Positions 61,754 to 64,000 of a DNA stretch of 64,000 nt are shown piece by piece. Each line of letters begins with the position of its first letter. Within the stretch, counting starts at the first letter, position 1. The stretch is from contig CAVNZM010000001.1 in assembly GCA_963693365.1 (NCBI GenBank), positions 17,553,274 to 17,617,273 of the forward strand, written 5' to 3'. A program made the translations under genes and the position numbers. This DNA comes from Amoebidium appalachense (lineage: Eukaryota; Protista; Ichthyosporea). The notes under the pieces are model-generated. The model did not search any database, was not told where the DNA came from, and was given only the letters and a program-made list of their open reading frames with translations.

Positions 61754-63379
61754 CGGCATTGCAGCATAGGCCTGCACCTATATTAGAGCAATTTGATTGG
61801 TGTGCGTATTAGTCGTGTGACGTGTATGGAAATGAATCCATACCTGTTGTGACATGCAGGTATGCCTGTGGCATGTATGGCTTTTAGGGCATCATAATGA
61901 ATGTATCTCTGAGCAGGTACCATAATGAAGTGCCGTAGATTCACTGCCGTTCACATGTGTGATATGGGATGTGCCATGCATGGCTCCCACGTGCACTGGC
62001 AGGGAGAGTCAGGATGGAGAACAAGGCCATTTTGTATTTGCACGCTTCTGCACCAGCTCTGTGCCTCCTTTTGATTGGTGGTGTCATAGCTGAGCGGGGC
62101 TGTAACTGGCTACTCGACCAATTACAGGGGTTGTTTCCTCAGCAAGAACGCTTGGCCTTCCCCCCCCAACCCACCAACCCACCAACCCACCCACCCACCC
62201 ACCCCCACCTCCCCACACACACACACGCGCACCCACACAAGAAAAAATAAAGAAAGATGAAAAAAGAAAAAGAAACTGGAAAGGGGTCCAAATGGTGTAT
62301 TGCACCATGGCATCTATGGATGAAAGAGTTGCAAGCTACGTGTACGTAGCTGCGTCCAAATACATACACATGCATGTATATCACACAGTGGCACACCTTT
62401 GGCCACTCAACCCCTGGCCAAAGATATTGCGGCCGTTACATGTAATGTCATATCCATTCATCAAGTTGATGGGTACCGGAAAGTAGTACATTCTTTTATT
62501 TTTCACCTTTTCAGTGCTGCGTGTTCCTGACGGCGAAACAGCCAACGGAGAACACATTACAGCATGGAAGTCATCTTGTGGGGATCCCAATTTTCTTAGC
62601 ATGTCTGCCTAATTTCTCCAAGACCTTAGAACCATTTAGACCAGCCATAAGATCTTTCATTGCTAACATAGTGGATGTATTAGCTGTTACCCGCAGTAAC
62701 AGTGGGGCCAACCAGTTGCTCTAACTACTAGATACCAAAACCTATTATTAATACTTCGGTCGGGTCTCAAGCAATTAGACTCCATTGGCCAACAGAGTCT
62801 CATTCTAAGAGAGTTTCTTTAGCTTGTAAGGGTCTATGGGATTTGACCTCCCTTACAATACTGCACTAACTTTGTTAAACTATACACTAAGTGGTCTCTA
62901 AAATCCATATCACCTCAACCATTTAATGTATATTGAGTAATCCTACATTTGCAATGAATGAATTCCTCGGTCTAACTCCATTAGAAAATAGATACTTGTG
63001 GAATCGAACCACAATGTATATATAGTAATATCATAATAATGCTTTATTTATCTAACCATCAGTACCCTTACGTTTATTAAGAATATACTAAACGTATGTA
63101 CTGTATCTCTAGCCCATCGAGTTTATTTTTTGTTATCGGATCTAGATCGAATCACCAAAGTGATCGTCGAATCAGCTTGGAAATTAGCAAAACCGACTCC
63201 TCGTATCCAATCCATGAAAAAACTCTGTGGATTAAAAAAAACACGTTACAATTTATCTTACCTATAATAGAACTAAGAGAATAAACCTCTTAATTTATGA
63301 AGAATCCATTTCAGATCCGATCTCAAGAATCCATTTCATACCGCTAAACCTATAAATCTGGTATCTGACCCTGTTCTGT

Positions 63380-64000
63380 ATTTAGGATTGTCAATTTCAT
63401 CTTATATCCTGACAAAAGCTTAGTATAAGAGTAGAGTAGGGTGTCTGTTCCCTAAGTCTATGTGTCTCCTCCAAAGTCCTGTACGTCCACTCGCGCCCTC
63501 TCCTGTCAGATACCAATCAAACGTACTAGATTTTAAGCCAAAATCTTGATCCCATCATGAACTCGAATAATCCCTTAAATCTATGACTCCCGAGAATTTT
63601 ATACTAAAACGTATAGGATTTTCAGCCATAGATCTTGATCCCATCATGAACTCGAATAACCCCTTAAATCTATGAATCCCGAGAATTTCATGCTAAAACG
63701 TATTGGATTTTCAGCCATAGTCTTGATCCCATCATGAACTCGAATAATCCCTTAAATCTATGACTCCCGAGAATTTCATACTAAAACGTATAGGATTTCC
63801 AGCCATAAATCAAGATTCCATCCTGAAGTAGGATAACCCCTTAAATCTATGACTCCCGAGAATTTCATACTAAAACGTATGGGATTTCAGCTAAAGTTCG
63901 CTCACCCCAAAGTTTTATCAACTGAACGGTAAGTTACCCGTATTTTGGATTTAGGATTGTAAATTTCATCTTATATCGTGACACTACCTTAGTATAAGAG
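63380..64000. repeat. 89-bp tandem array (~4.2 units, 63519-63893) nested between 52-bp direct repeats (63380-63431 and 63949-64000)
   Basis: Units start at 63544, 63633, 63721 and 63810. The direct repeats are 47/52 identical and 569 bp apart, and the structure continues off the window edge. Confidence 0.9.

Noticed and set aside
62570-63000. Degenerate reverse transcriptase or piggyBac transposase on the - strand (MDFRDHLVYSL)
   Set aside because: Many stops and no catalytic motif; the resemblance is too weak without an HMM search.
63519-63893. CRISPR array
   Set aside because: The whole 89-bp unit is repeated, with no variable spacers.

Overview
Eukaryotic genomic DNA with very high intron density. 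The animal-like gene content suggests a holozoan or other opisthokont protist; that assignment is inference. Most ORFs in the supplied track are artefacts of poly-C/poly-G runs and (CA)n/(GT)n microsatellites inside introns. Manual exon threading gives two large head-to-head genes 795 bp apart: a ~50-exon SKI3/TTC37 gene (+, 26731-~61753) and a TM-SMP-C2-coiled-coil-C1 lipid-transfer gene resembling PDZD8 but lacking the PDZ domain (-, 25935 to at least 10890). Each hosts a sense-strand intronic tRNA gene (iMet-CAT; Thr-TGT) starting 56-58 nt after a 5' splice site. Also present: a partial multi-pass membrane-protein gene at the left edge, a 3.2-kb element with perfect 26-bp TIRs, a small two-exon gene, several MITE-like or fold-back inserts, minisatellites that duplicate splice acceptors, and an 89-bp tandem array at the right edge. 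The main system-level signal is a strand-polarised intron grammar: poly-C right after donors and (CA)n or poly-C right before acceptors. Homopolymer lengths may be unreliable.
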